Shown: in pieces, positions 45,324 through 56,976 of the stretch | Layout: each line of letters begins with the position of its first letter | Numbering within the stretch: the stretch's first letter is position 1 | From: Macrostomum lignano | Lineage: Eukaryota | NCBI GenBank assembly: GCA_002269645.1 | Contig: NIVC01004142.1 | Span: 1 to 58,378 of the forward strand | Direction of reading: 5' to 3' | DNA length: 58,378 nucleotides | Position numbers and translations under genes: made by a program | Notes under the pieces: generated by a model | What the model saw: the letters and a program-made list of their open reading frames with translations, nothing else | Database searches by the model: none | Told to the model about the DNA's origin: nothing

Positions 45324-47902
45324 TTTTATAATAAATGTACTGTTGTTATTCTGCTAAATAAATTTCGATGTGCTAATTAGCGCTGTAAGTTATCAATAGA
45401 GTGGTTAACAAATCAAACACAAAATCAAGAAGCAGGTTTATCGAAATTGAATTCAACTTTTGCAGTAGAAATTTTTCATAGTACTCGGCATACTGAACTG
45501 CATTTATTGTTTGTTTAAGTTTAGTTAAAACAATTTGAAAATCTGATTTCTATGATGCCGCTAAGCTAAAAATCCAAATAGTTTACTGCTGAGTGCGGCC
45601 AGGACTGGCGCTTATATATATACACAGGGCTAGGCATATAAGACAACTAAAATATACACTATATTGGCTAAGAGTGTACACTGCGAATTTCCTCCCCTAG
45701 TAGGTCGTATTCCCCCCTGTTCCCTTCTTCCCATGCTCCTCCCTCGCTGCTGCCGCGCACCGTATTCTAGGGAGGCTCTCTGGGAGGAGGGATAGAGAAA
45801 TAATCCGGATCGATACGCCAAGCTGGGGTTGGCGGCGGCAATACAGGCTTCATTTGTTAGCTTCCCTCTGCCTTCCCTTCCCTTGGGAGAGAGATTATTG
45901 AAATGGGATGCACGGTGCACGGCTGTAGTCCTATTCAGCGCTCTCTCTCTTCCCCACACCCTAAAGCCTATTTTCATTCTGAAAGTTCCCTGGGTAGGGG
46001 AGAGAGGACAGAGGAGAGGAGGAAGGCAGAGAGTGTTGATACTCAAGTGGCCGCAGCGCCTCTACTCACTCATGCAGCTCCCTCTGACCTATCCGCGGTA
46101 GTCCTCAATGCAGCCGTCACAAGGCAGGGAGTCAGGGACTAAAGGCGAGGGAAAGAGAGAAGGAAGGGAGGAGAAGGAGGCACTGACGGCGCCAACCCCC
46201 CCCCCCCCAGCCCGGTCGATCAGTCAGTCTTAGCAACGAAGCCGTGTGTTTAGCTCAGAGATTGCTGCTGCTGGCTGTCTGGCTGACCACCCCCGCAATG
46301 CCTGCCCCTGCTGCTGCTGCTGCAGTCAAACTGAGAATCGCGTCAAGCTTCGGCAGCGGAGGAGAGGGCGGAAAAGGGAAGGAGACGAAATGGGGGGGGG
46401 GGGGGTTGGGAGTGGGAAAAACGAACACGAGCTTTTCCACCCCACCCAAAGCACAATTCTACGAGTATCTTTTCTGAAGCGTAGATGGCGAGGGCGAGAC
46501 AAGCGAATTCGAAGAGTGTTTTATAGATATAGATTGTCCTTTTAGATAGTGCTTACTATACTAAGCTAAATAAAGTTTAACCTGAAAATGTAGATTCGAT
46601 GAGGGGTGAAATAAAATGAAGATGAAAACTATCCCACAACTAGCCCTATTATTGAAATCATTGAATTTTCGCTAAAATATCCCAAAAGACACATAAGTTA
46701 GATCTGACAAAATAGAGACATATAGCCATAATTGAGAAAGATATGTTCTGACAGTTTTATAGACATAGTAGTATAGACTTTAAATTTGCATTTCAGGGTT
46801 GATAAAAGAACTACTTTAAAGTATTCTTAACTAAACATTGTCATTGTACACAAGAGTGCTATAATCCTAAGTTCTAAGGCCTAATGAAATATATTTAATT
46901 TCTATTAGTTTCTGTAGACCAACATGCAATTAACAAAAAATTCTAAATACAAAATAATAATTCTATGCATTGCTGATTTATTGCAGTATAAATCTAAGAA
47001 TTATTACACACATTATAAAAATAAACTGAAACAACAAGAACAAATTCTCGTTAGGAATAGAACAAATGCATGAATTTGAATATACTTTAAATTTAAAACT
47101 TGTTAGTTCCTTTATTAAAAAATTAGTATTAGGATTCCAGACAAAAATCTAAGGTACACCTTAGAAATAAATAATAGCACATGATCAACAAACAAAAAGA
47201 GAAATATTTGATTGTCATTATTTTTTCATCAAAGCCTAAAACATTGTTAATACTTCTCTATACAAACAATACAAAATATGTGCATGACAAAAAAACTGAT
47301 TATTCATCTAAAAGGCTCTATAAAGTATAAAACTTAAAATAACTTTATGCGCAGATTAGTGCCTAAAAAGTAACGTTATGTTATAATTGAAAAATATCTT
47401 TTGTGCACATCTGGAATCAGATAACTTTTTAGGGCTGTTAAAAACAACTGCTTTCACAATTTTTTTTAATCTACCAAGCAGCTCTCCATCCAGAATGTAT
47501 GAAACATTCGATAAATTTTGCATACGGAAAACGAAGTGGAAGGGTACAGCAAGTCTACATCACAACAACATCGCTGATACCTCTTTAAAAGTCATATCTA
47601 AGTGCAACTAATACCTGAGGCGTTTGTTTTCAATGAATATCTAAAGCGCGGAATCATAAAAATGTTTCTTTTTTGTCTATCGCAGCTTTAAAAAATGCCT
47701 CTCAATGTTTTTTTCAGAAAAATTAAAAAGAGATATCAAAAGCAAGAACAAGTAATAAAACTTCCAGTGATATCTTTTGGAGCTTTTGTTTTTTTCACTA
47801 TCGGTCGTTCAGCACCGGTAATTTCGTCTCAATAGAAGCTAGTCGATGGAGGATTTAATTGTTAATTGAATAGCAGTAGGTAGTACAGTAGTCAAATGCA
47901 TA

Positions 47903-48147
47903 CACTACGGAGATAGGAAGTTTTCATTTTTTCAGCACAAAAATTGCTATTGCTTTTGATAGGAGGCAGATTCAGTGTTCATCTTTTGATATGTTGTGCC
48001 TTTCTTCTTATTGCTCTATCGATATTCATATTTGTTTTGCTCGGTTTACAGCACAACAAATCAAAAGATGAACACTGGATCTGCCTCCTATCAAAAGCAA
48101 TAGCAATTTTTGTGCTGAAAAAATGAAAACTTCCTATCTCCGTAGTG
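47903..48147. mobile_element. 245-bp MITE with 97-bp terminal inverted repeats and TA target duplication
   Basis: 47903..47999 is the reverse complement of 48051..48147 with 2 mismatches, around a 51-bp spacer. Ends are TA|CACTACGGAG...CTCCGTAGTG|TA. Confidence 0.9.
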
Positions 48148-49540
48148 TATTTTTTCGGGAAAACTTGCCAAAAATTTTCTAAGTAACAAGGTTTCCCGTC
48201 CTTCTACTTAAGTCATCCTTGGGACTGGCTATGTACGTTAATTTGGCATACAGATTGATATTTGATGTATTTTTATTACATTATCTGAACCTCTAATTTT
48301 CCTCCACAGTTGTGGAAACAAACACACTTACTCGCTCAGAATATAGCTGGAAATCATTAAGATTTGAGTTAAAAGCAATTTGAGAAATGGGTCTATGGTT
48401 TGATTAAAAAACAACTGTTTATTTAATATTTATTGACGATGCATTCGAGCATTGGACAACCTTGAATGAATAAAAACACTCACAACCCGTGCAACATTGC
48501 GAAATCCGCCAACATACCAGACGTAATCGGACGTCGCTAGCAGATAAGCATTTTTACATTAATCCGATGGATACGTCGGCCAACCATCGGTGTAATGTAA
48601 AAGTACCCACAAGGACGACCGCGAGTATCAATTTGCCTGTGATAAGCTGGGAGGTTTCGGTCGATAAACGTCGGAAACGTCGGCCCACGTTGCCGACGTC
48701 GGATTGCTGTATAAGCACTGCAGTAATGTATAACAATGAAATACCTTAAGTCAGCACGGCAGGTAGATGAATCGCTCGGCACCGGTGGATGCGATCGATC
48801 CGGACAGTTCAATACTCTGGCGATGCTGCTAGCGCTCGAATTGTTGAAAATTGGGACGTGAGACTTTTTCTTTGTTGTGACGTGGGATCCGTGAAAGGAG
48901 TAAGCAAACCAGATGATGGAAAGATTAGTGGTGATCCTTAAATCAATATAAAGTCGATTTAAAAAATTAATTACAGGGGAAGAGAGGTAGCTTTGGGGGA
49001 TGCTTTGCCTGATCGGGTATTTAAGACGAACCAGGTGCTGAGCCAATTTGTGAAAAAATTGGGGAAAGCAGCTCGTATATAGATTCGGGATCGCGCATCA
49101 CGTGCGTGATGCATGATCAGAACAGAACGCCTTTGAACTATCCTTGACCTGCATTAACTAGCAGCAGATTGACGTCACCTTCCTAGCTGTGCTGTGATTG
49201 GCTAATGAAATGGGTTGTGCGACTTAGGGGGTGAGCGAAATGGGAAGTCACCTGATCGGGAATCAGTGATTTCGACAGATAATTGCTTTAGTGACTTCGA
49301 ACAATAGCACGCAGATTGTGGTGGATGAAAAGGAGTGGGTTTGGCGTAAGGGATGAGTCATCCGATGAGTCATTGGGGAAGGGACCTGGATATCCAGGGT
49401 CGCGCGAGTAAATTGATTAATGTTGTACTGTTGTAGAAGATTGTTGACATGATTAAATTGATTAAACAATACGAGCGTATAGACGAAACGAATTCGCATT
49501 AAAATATGAATTTATGCCCGGATAATAAATTAATGCAAGC

Positions 49541-50605
49541 CTACACTATGCAAGAACTCGCATTTAGCAGAAATTTGAATTTTTTAGCTCCGGAATAGTT
49601 CAAGGGAGCTCCGTAGCCGGTGTGCAAATAAAGGTGAATAGCATAAGAGTCGGCCGGAATGCTTCGCGCAACGAACTTGGCGCCGCGAATCTCCAAGCAA
49701 CGCTGCCGCTGTTTCGGTGTCATGACAGCTGTAAAGACGCAGTCTTTTCTAAGAAAGAGCGGTATCGAGGTTGCGTCCCACCAGGGCTGGAACGCATCCG
49801 GCTTGGCCAATGTCGGTGTGCTGTTGCCGTGAATCCGCCTGTATTCGTCCATGAAGTGGTTCAGCATGACCGGCCCGGTCATTGCCACGGCTGACAACGA
49901 GTTGGCCAAGTGGTTCCCCGGTTTGCGAAGCCAAGTGCGGTCGAACCAGTCGGGCCAGGCGCGCAATACGTACTCTAAAAATGGGTCCTTCGCTCGGCTC
50001 ATAAAAAGCGCATTGCTCAGCATCTCTCTCCGGCCGTACAAATAGTTCGCGTGCTCCCACGGCTCCTGCGACCAGAGGGACGAGTGGTTTTTCAATAACG
50101 GCAAGAAATCGCGCAGCAACTTCACGTCCAAGTCCGTGTAGACCCCGCCGACATGGTGAACGATAGCCAGTCGGCCCAGATCGGAGCGCAATATGCCTGC
50201 GCCTAGGTGCTTGTAGCGCTTCCAGAGTTCGGGATAGTGACGCATCAATAGATGCTCAATTTTGGCGTCGTCCCACAGCATGTAGGCGGCTGATTCGGCC
50301 AGATGAGCCGGCCAGGACAAAACCAGGTTGCAATGCTTGGCCAGCACTTGGTCGTCCCTGTTGGTCCAGTGGATCACAGGCGGTATGCGGTCAAAGAACA
50401 TGTTCTGGACTTGGCTGCAGGGGACGCCACCGCTGCGCAGGCGGTTCAGTGCGGATGCAACCTCCTCATCTGGGAGGGTCGGCGCTTCGATGTTGACCGA
50501 ATTCACGGAATTGCGTTCGAATAAACAGTAGAAAATTGTTAGGCTAACAAGTAAGCACAAGCTGCACCTGAGCAGCCACTTGCGCAATTGCGCTATTTTC
50601 ACCAT
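49541..50605 (-). CDS. Intronless type II membrane glycosyltransferase, GT32 (OCH1/SUR1-like, DXD sugar-binding region), 354 aa
   Basis: Single ATG-to-TAG ORF with an N-terminal signal anchor (LLRCSLCLLVSLTIFYCLF). It has the IPPVIHWT start-of-domain motif, YMLWDD, and RSDLGRLAIVHHVGGVYTDLDV with DXD, plus luminal N-glycosylation sequons (NHS, NST, NYS, NAS). Confidence 0.88.
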   Translation of the reverse strand: MVKIAQLRKWLLRCSLCLLVSLTIFYCLFERNSVNSVNIEAPTLPDEEVASALNRLRSGGVPCSQVQNMFFDRIPPVIHWTNRDDQVLAKHCNLVLSWPAHLAESAAYMLWDDAKIEHLLMRHYPELWKRYKHLGAGILRSDLGRLAIVHHVGGVYTDLDVKLLRDFLPLLKNHSSLWSQEPWEHANYLYGRREMLSNALFMSRAKDPFLEYVLRAWPDWFDRTWLRKPGNHLANSLSAVAMTGPVMLNHFMDEYRRIHGNSTPTLAKPDAFQPWWDATSIPLFLRKDCVFTAVMTPKQRQRCLEIRGAKFVARSIPADSYAIHLYLHTGYGAPLNYSGAKKFKFLLNASSCIV

Positions 50606-51225
50606 AGCGCAATACGGTTATGTAGAGAGCAATTCTGCCGCGAAGTATCACCAGTGATCTTCTATCTAATTTTAAAAAATGAGGAGATTCTCATTAGCCA
50701 TTCATCCCTACTCACGATTGGCAGCCCGGTGGGTGCATCGGCCTGATGATGATCTCATATAGGGGCAAGAGATTTCAACTGACCATTTGCCGCTGTCCAG
50801 TGAGAAAAGGCTGTAGTAGGCACTACATTTTACTATTGTCCCAGTCGGGTAACATACGAAGATGATTTTAGCTCGTAACAATGAATAGTGAAAGCGAAAG
50901 CTTTCATTGATACATGCAAGGACAACTTAGTAGGACATTTGGGGAGGGGTAGATTTTTTTCTGGAAAAAAGCACACTGCGGGTGGAGGAAAATTGAATTT
51001 TTAACACAAAAATAGCCATAGTTTTTGTTTTAGTTAGCTCGAATGTAAGTTTATCTGTTGGTATAGCATGCCTGTCTCACTTCTGCATTGACTTTTTTAT
51101 AGCTTTGTAAAAATTAGAGATTCATTTTTAATCGTATCTTAATCTCTTAATCTTAATCGTACGCAATAACATGTATTTGGCCTTTTGCAATAAAACTCCC
51201 AATACGAGCCAAAAACATTTTTGTG

Positions 51226-51760
51226 TCTATGGCCGGGACCAAGTGGGGAATAAATACATTTCTGTAGTCTATGGCCGGGACCAAGTGGAGAATAAATACA
51301 TTTCTGTAGTCTATGGCCGGGACCAAGTGGAGAATAAATACATTTCTGTAGTCTATGGCCGGGACCAAGTGGAGAATAAATACATTTCTGTAGTCTATGG
51401 CCGGGACCAAGTGGAGAATAAATACATTTCTGTAGTCTATGGCCGGGACCAAGTGGAGAATAAATACATTTCTGTAGTCTATGGCCGGGACCAAGTGGGG
51501 AATAAATACATTTCTGTAGTCTATGGCCGGGACCAAGTGGGGAATAAATACATTTCTGTAGTCTATGGCCGGGACCAAGTGGGGAATAAATACATTTCTG
51601 TAGTCTATGGCCGGGACCAAGTGGAGAATAAATACATTTCTGTAGTCTATGGCCGGGACCAAGTGGAGAATAAATACATTTCTGTAGTCTATGGCCGGGA
51701 CCAAGTGGGGAATAAATAGTTATCTAGATACTGTAGTCTAAGGCCGGGACCAAGTGGGAA
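51226..51760. repeat. 42-bp GTCTATGGCCGGGACCAAGTGG(A/G)GAATAAATACATTTCTGTA array, about 12 copies
   Basis: Direct inspection. Confidence 0.95.
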
Positions 51761-53559
51761 TAAATCCCGAGGGCCGAAGTTATATATCCCAATAAAGGTA
51801 TTTTTCATCTCATAAAACATCGAGATCACGATTTTCCGCTATACTACAGAATATTACCAGATGAAATCCCGGAGAATGGAAATAATGTCTCGGAATTCGT
51901 TAGATTTGTTTTATGCTGAAAATGCAACTGCACTTCAAGCATTGTCGCGCTCTCCAACATTTTTTAAACTTTTTACGAGCGGAAAGAATTTCTGAGAAAT
52001 TTATCGCAACTTAAGCCTGAGAGGAATGCTAAAGTGGAACAATGGGGCAATGCCAATTCATTTCAGTCGATAGTTTTTTTTCAAAACGATGGCATTTGTA
52101 CTTTTAGCCCCTATGAAGCATCTGACCTCCATGGACGGAAAAGCTGCGGGCCCCGTCAATGGAAAAATAGTGGCTGCTGTCGCTGCTGCCATGGACTCTG
52201 ACTGAAATTAGTTCTAAAACAAAAATGTTCCAATTCTAAACCGAAACCGAAACCCACCAAAAAGGAATTTAGACTCTGTACTTCCGATTTGTACAAACCG
52301 GGATCTTTTCTGGTATGCGGATGCACTCGTAGAGTCGCGTAGCCTTCGGCTCGATTTGCGCCTTTTGAATAGCGACTTTGTAATTATTATACGCCTACTC
52401 TGTGTACAACAGGCCGGAACTCAGATTACAACCTAGAAGCCTTTGACTATAGAGTATTTGCAACAGATACAGGGGGAGAAGTACTTTATTAGGCCGCAAA
52501 CGGCTGAGGACTCGTATAAGCTGGTGACCTTGGTTGATACGAGTTGGCGAAATTCGAAAACCTGCTTCAACTTTTTCCCCAGATTGGCACTCTACACTTC
52601 GCGGCTTCATTAATCTTTGGTTGTACCTTTAAGTTTGAATTGTACTTTTCTTATGGTGAAAAACTTCGCTCAATAGCGACAATCTATTACCACTTCTACA
52701 TCAGACAGTCTAAATTAAATTTGAACGGACCGTAAGTCAAACAGAAGGAGCTCAATGTCTGCTGGATGTTGGTTCAAAGTTAACGCATAATGCATTCGTC
52801 CCATTTCTTCGTTTAAAGCTGTTCTTGAAACACCAATTAACAGAATTTGAATTTAAGACTAGTTCCAATATAAGTTGAATTGTAATACAACATGGGCTGG
52901 ATGAAGTCAAACTTGGATCCAAGCTTCAGAGCTGCCTTCCAGCAAGAGATAGCGTTATCTATAGGTGTCAAGAATATGGGCCGTAGACTGCCAGTTGGTT
53001 GATCTCGATCAGACCTGGAAGTTCGAAGTCTTCAGCGTCATTGTGACTGCTAACGTTTTCGATACTCGTAACAATGCTGCATCGCCGTTCAGAGTTAAAA
53101 TTGACTGTCTGACTGGTTCGTCAAAATTGATAGTATTTTCGTCATGTCCTGCTATTGATTGCCGAAATTGAAGCAGAGTTTGTCACTAGTACGAGAGGTT
53201 TCAGTTTGTTAAAATTGTAGGGTAAAATTTACTCAACTTAACTCATCCTGAACCCAAGGTCGATAAGTCTAGCCATGAAGCTACACTGCACTGTTTTTAC
53301 ACTGCAGTTTACTTTTTTAGTAGTAGCTCTGGCTCAGCGGATAGCGCTATTGTAGGGCTGGCAGGGTAATAAAACTGTTAATGCTGCTTCAGTAGGTGAA
53401 CATGCTAGGCCGGGGGCTCAAATACAGTATATAAAATCCGCAAATCAAAGAGACAGTTGTGCTCTTTCTGCCTTCTCGACTCTGACTTTCTCGGTCGTTG
53501 TCAGGCATTTACATAATCTGTGGCTTGTGTTTGGCGTGGCCATTATCGGTGTAATCATG

Positions 53560-53632
53560 GGCACGAACCTAAAATTAATTCGGAATCGAACCCAGGGACT
53601 ACGGTACAAGACTATGCTTCAAACTTAACCAA
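53560..53632 (-). mobile_element. tRNA-derived SINE-like fragment
   Basis: The minus strand reads GGTTAAG...GTAGTCCCTGGGTTCGATTCC (A-box-like and B-box). No complete cloverleaf. Confidence 0.3.
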
Positions 53633-53891
53633 CTGTATAAACCAATAAATTACCCTGTTAAATCCAGCTTCATTAATTTAAAAAGTATGTAGGCATTTGC
53701 TTTCAAGTTCAGTGTCATAAATTTCTGCTGAAACAAGTGACAGAAAGGAGCATAGTGAAAAGGGGGACGGAGCGTGGTGGAGAGACTGTAGCTGCTTATC
53801 TTATCAGTATTACCGGGCAAGGTTTAATGCGCTCTGCCACAAGAAGCCCAGCCAGAACACCCGGCTCACTCAGTTGGGCCCCCCTTCAAAA

Positions 53892-56431
53892 ATGGCTAGC
53901 TCATCAAGCCGACCCGGCAGCGCTGCGGGCGAAGCAACGACAGGAAAATGCGAGATCATGCTCTGCAACGAGACCAGCGTCGGCCGGGGACCTCGCTCAA
54001 ACCTGAGCCTCTGCTCCGGCCACTTGGCGGCCGATGTTGAACGAGTTCGCCTGCTTCGAATCGATACCGAGGCGAGAATCGCTGCACTTCGAGCCGGACT
54101 GGGGGACTTCGAGCCGCGACGCCAGCGAATGGCCAGCGACGTGCGTGAACTTGAGGTAGTGTTCGACTCGCTTGAGGCCGAGCTCGACGCCTGGCGCGTT
54201 GACATCGTTGACTCAGCCAGGGGTCGCTACGAGTCGCTCAGCAGCAAAATCGCCGCCTGCAAGCATGTAGTTGGCTACGCTGAGGCCATCCGCGCCGCCG
54301 ACCGTTCTGGCGACTACCGCCGAGTGTATGAGCTGGCGGCCCAGGTGGAGCCGACGCTGGAGCTTCTCAATCCGAGCGACGGATCTGGCGAGTCCGGCGA
54401 AGGCGGCGGCTTCATGGCCGATCGGGGCAACTTGACGGACATTTGCTCGGCTGTCAGGAACGCCAGATACCTGCTGGACAGGCAGATGTCTCCGTTGGCG
54501 GGTGGGTCACTAATTGTGAACTAAGCGATAGTATCAATGGAACAAACAGCTTCTAAGAAAACATCGGCACTGACAGTACGTCTTTGCTCGATTCTGTGGC
54601 ACTTTGGGGCTGGGACGTAATGTCAGCACGGATTTTATGGCATGCGAGGAACATTGCTATGCCCCCTAAATACTTTTACAGGATCTCCTCTTTTAGCGAC
54701 ACTCTGCATTTGGGGAGGGGACAGGCAGCGGCTTTCTATCGAATCACTCGGCAAAGCAGACACCATTAACATTATTGCCGCGCTTACGGACATTTCCCCT
54801 CCGGCGTTTCCCCTCCGGCGTTTCCCCTCCGGCGATTCCCCTCCGGACATTTCCCCTCGGCGGCGTTTCCCCTCCGGACATTTCCCCTTCATCTATAACG
54901 AAAAAGCAGTGCCTTCGGACATGTCCAAAGAGAACATAAGTTGCATGTATATATATAAATGTATATAAGTGTATATATAAATGTAATAATAAAGTAATAT
55001 TATAATATTATAGTATAAAAATAATAATATACAAAATAATATAATAATATAATAATAATAATATATTATATTATAATTTTATTATAATAAAACCTATAAT
55101 AAAACATAATAAAACCATCTACTCTCACTTTTTACTTACATAATTTTTAAAATAAAAGCGATCTAACAGCATAACTACATGGATGTGACGTAAATGCGTG
55201 CAAAACTTCTTTTTGGCATATTATAAAGCTCTGTTATTTCGTTATAGCTGGATGGGAAATGTCCGGAGGGGAAATGTCCGGAGGGGAAATGTCCGGAGGG
55301 GAAATGTCCGGAGGGGAAACGCCGCCGAGGGGAAATGTCCGGTAGCCTTATTGCCGATTAGCTAAAAGATACAGATATTCGAAGGTTGATCATAACAGCA
55401 GCATATTTAACTGAAGACTGAACTATTCGTCTAAAAAAAGTCTAAAAAACTTCTCCACCGGCCCCACAGGTGACAGACCGGCATCCGCACCGCCCGTAGA
55501 GTTGCGCCGCACCCTGCGTAACCTTGGAGGCGAGATCGAATGCTTGGCTGTCTGTTCAAACACTGCCGGCTTTCACTGCTCGGCAGCAGGTGGCAGCCGT
55601 CTGGTTGCCAAGGGCGCCTCAGAGGCTCAGCGACCTTCGGCCTGCCTGCCTGTTTGTTTCCTACGATCTGAACGAGCGTTCGCATCACCTGCTAGTTATC
55701 GAACTCCAAGTGGTCAGCGGCATCGGCTGGACGCTGAGATTGACTGGAGCCTTCCGATCAGCGACCTGCACTGTGACAGCTCCGCTCAGCGGTTGTACAT
55801 CTCGCAGGGTGAAGATGGCTGCACGTAGTCAGCTTGAGCGGCAACGTATTGCACAAGATCAACGCCAACAGCCTCGAGCACAAGCTCGGTGCCGCCTCAG
55901 CGGTAGTCTCCGGCGCCGATCAGCTCTTCCTGCTCGATGGAAAAGAGAAGCGGCTGCTCGGCATCGACAAATCCGACTACAGCGTGTCGGCGGACTTCGA
56001 TCTCGGCAACTTCTTCACCGGCAGGCCGTGGATGGGCGGCCTGGCGATAAGCGGCAGCCGGGTGCTGGTGGCCGATAAAGGCGGCCGATCCGTGCACAAA
56101 GTGTGGCAGCCTCACTGGACGCCTCATCGCGTCCTACCCAACGGCTGGCGCGGCTGACAGTCCGCAGCTACAACGGCCGACGGGTTTGGCCGTAGATAGT
56201 CGAGGCGTTGTTTGCGTCAGCGACAGCTGGGGCCAGACTGTGCAGCTGTTCCTGGCCGATGGCAGCCCGGTGCACGTGCTGGGCATTGACGGCCAGCCGG
56301 GCGGCGGCGAAGGACAATTCGACGGTCCGCAGGGCGTCGGGCTGCTCGAATCGGATCCGCTGTCCGGTCAGCGGCTGCTGTACGTGGCCGACTGGCGCAA
56401 CCAGGCTGTGAAAGAGTTTCAGCTCTACTGA
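53892..56431 (+). pseudogene. B-box-like / coiled-coil / NHL beta-propeller (RING-less TRIM-NHL-like) gene A; exon 53892..54501, intron 54502..55469, exon 55470..56431 with about 4 frameshifts (pseudogene or assembly indels)
   Basis: Exon 1 has C-x4-C...LC-x2-H and a long helical segment. The phase-1 splice G|GTGGGT ... ccccacag|GT is compatible. The 3' exon contains NHL-type repeats (GGLAISGSRVLVADKGGRSVH; PTGLAVDSRGVVCVSDSWGQTVQLF; GQFDGPQGVG; LYVADWRNQAV) spread across three frames. Confidence 0.72.
54781..55347. mobile_element. 567-bp non-autonomous DNA transposon with 9-bp TSD and internally repetitive inverted arms (Mutator/foldback-like)
   Basis: TTATTGCCG is repeated at 54772..54780 and 55348..55356. 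The arms are tandem 14-15-bp CCGGACATTTCCCCT-type units in inverted orientation (about 54781..54889 and 55254..55347) around a very AT-rich core. It lies inside the intron of NHL gene A. Confidence 0.85.
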
Positions 56432-56976
56432 GGAGTGATTGGGCTAGAAGATAGATGTGACTATCATGCTGTTCGACAGTAAAATACTATTTTTATATGC
56501 ATGCTACACTTTTCTCAGTTCATGATGTGCCTACGCATATTTTCGGTACCAGTTGTATCAACATCATGAGAGTTATTAGCGGTAATAAACTGTGCATATT
56601 AGCGATAATAAAGGTCGAATAAAGTATTGTTGACTTCGTGAGCTCATTCTAAACCCGATTGGAGAAAGGCATCCAGCCGAAAGTAAGTTCAATCCATTGC
56701 ATTGGATCTATGTGCGTTCACGAAATCTGGAAAATGCGCACCTGATAAAATGGTTACAGCGTACAGAAAAACCTTTTCAACTCTCCCCTACTAAAAGAGC
56801 TGTGTATCCAAGGCAGTGCGAGCTGTTATCTGTGTAATACATTGTGCTAGGCTTTAAATAATGGTGGTTAGCGATAGCGCAACGATATTTTTTGAGAATC
56901 TAGTAAGTCACCAACTCGTACAAGCAGAAGACAGCAAAGGTTAACCTGTTAGTTAGTTGGGCTTTCTTGACTCGAC

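Noticed and set aside
48537-49046. 169-aa minus-strand ORF
   Set aside because: No recognisable motif and no splice context.
51153-51719. 14-aa repeat ORFs on both strands
   Set aside because: 42-bp tandem array with no unique flanking coding sequence.
52300-53200. Short ORFs suggesting a decayed transposase or retroelement
   Set aside because: No catalytic or domain motif could be recognised and the frames are short.
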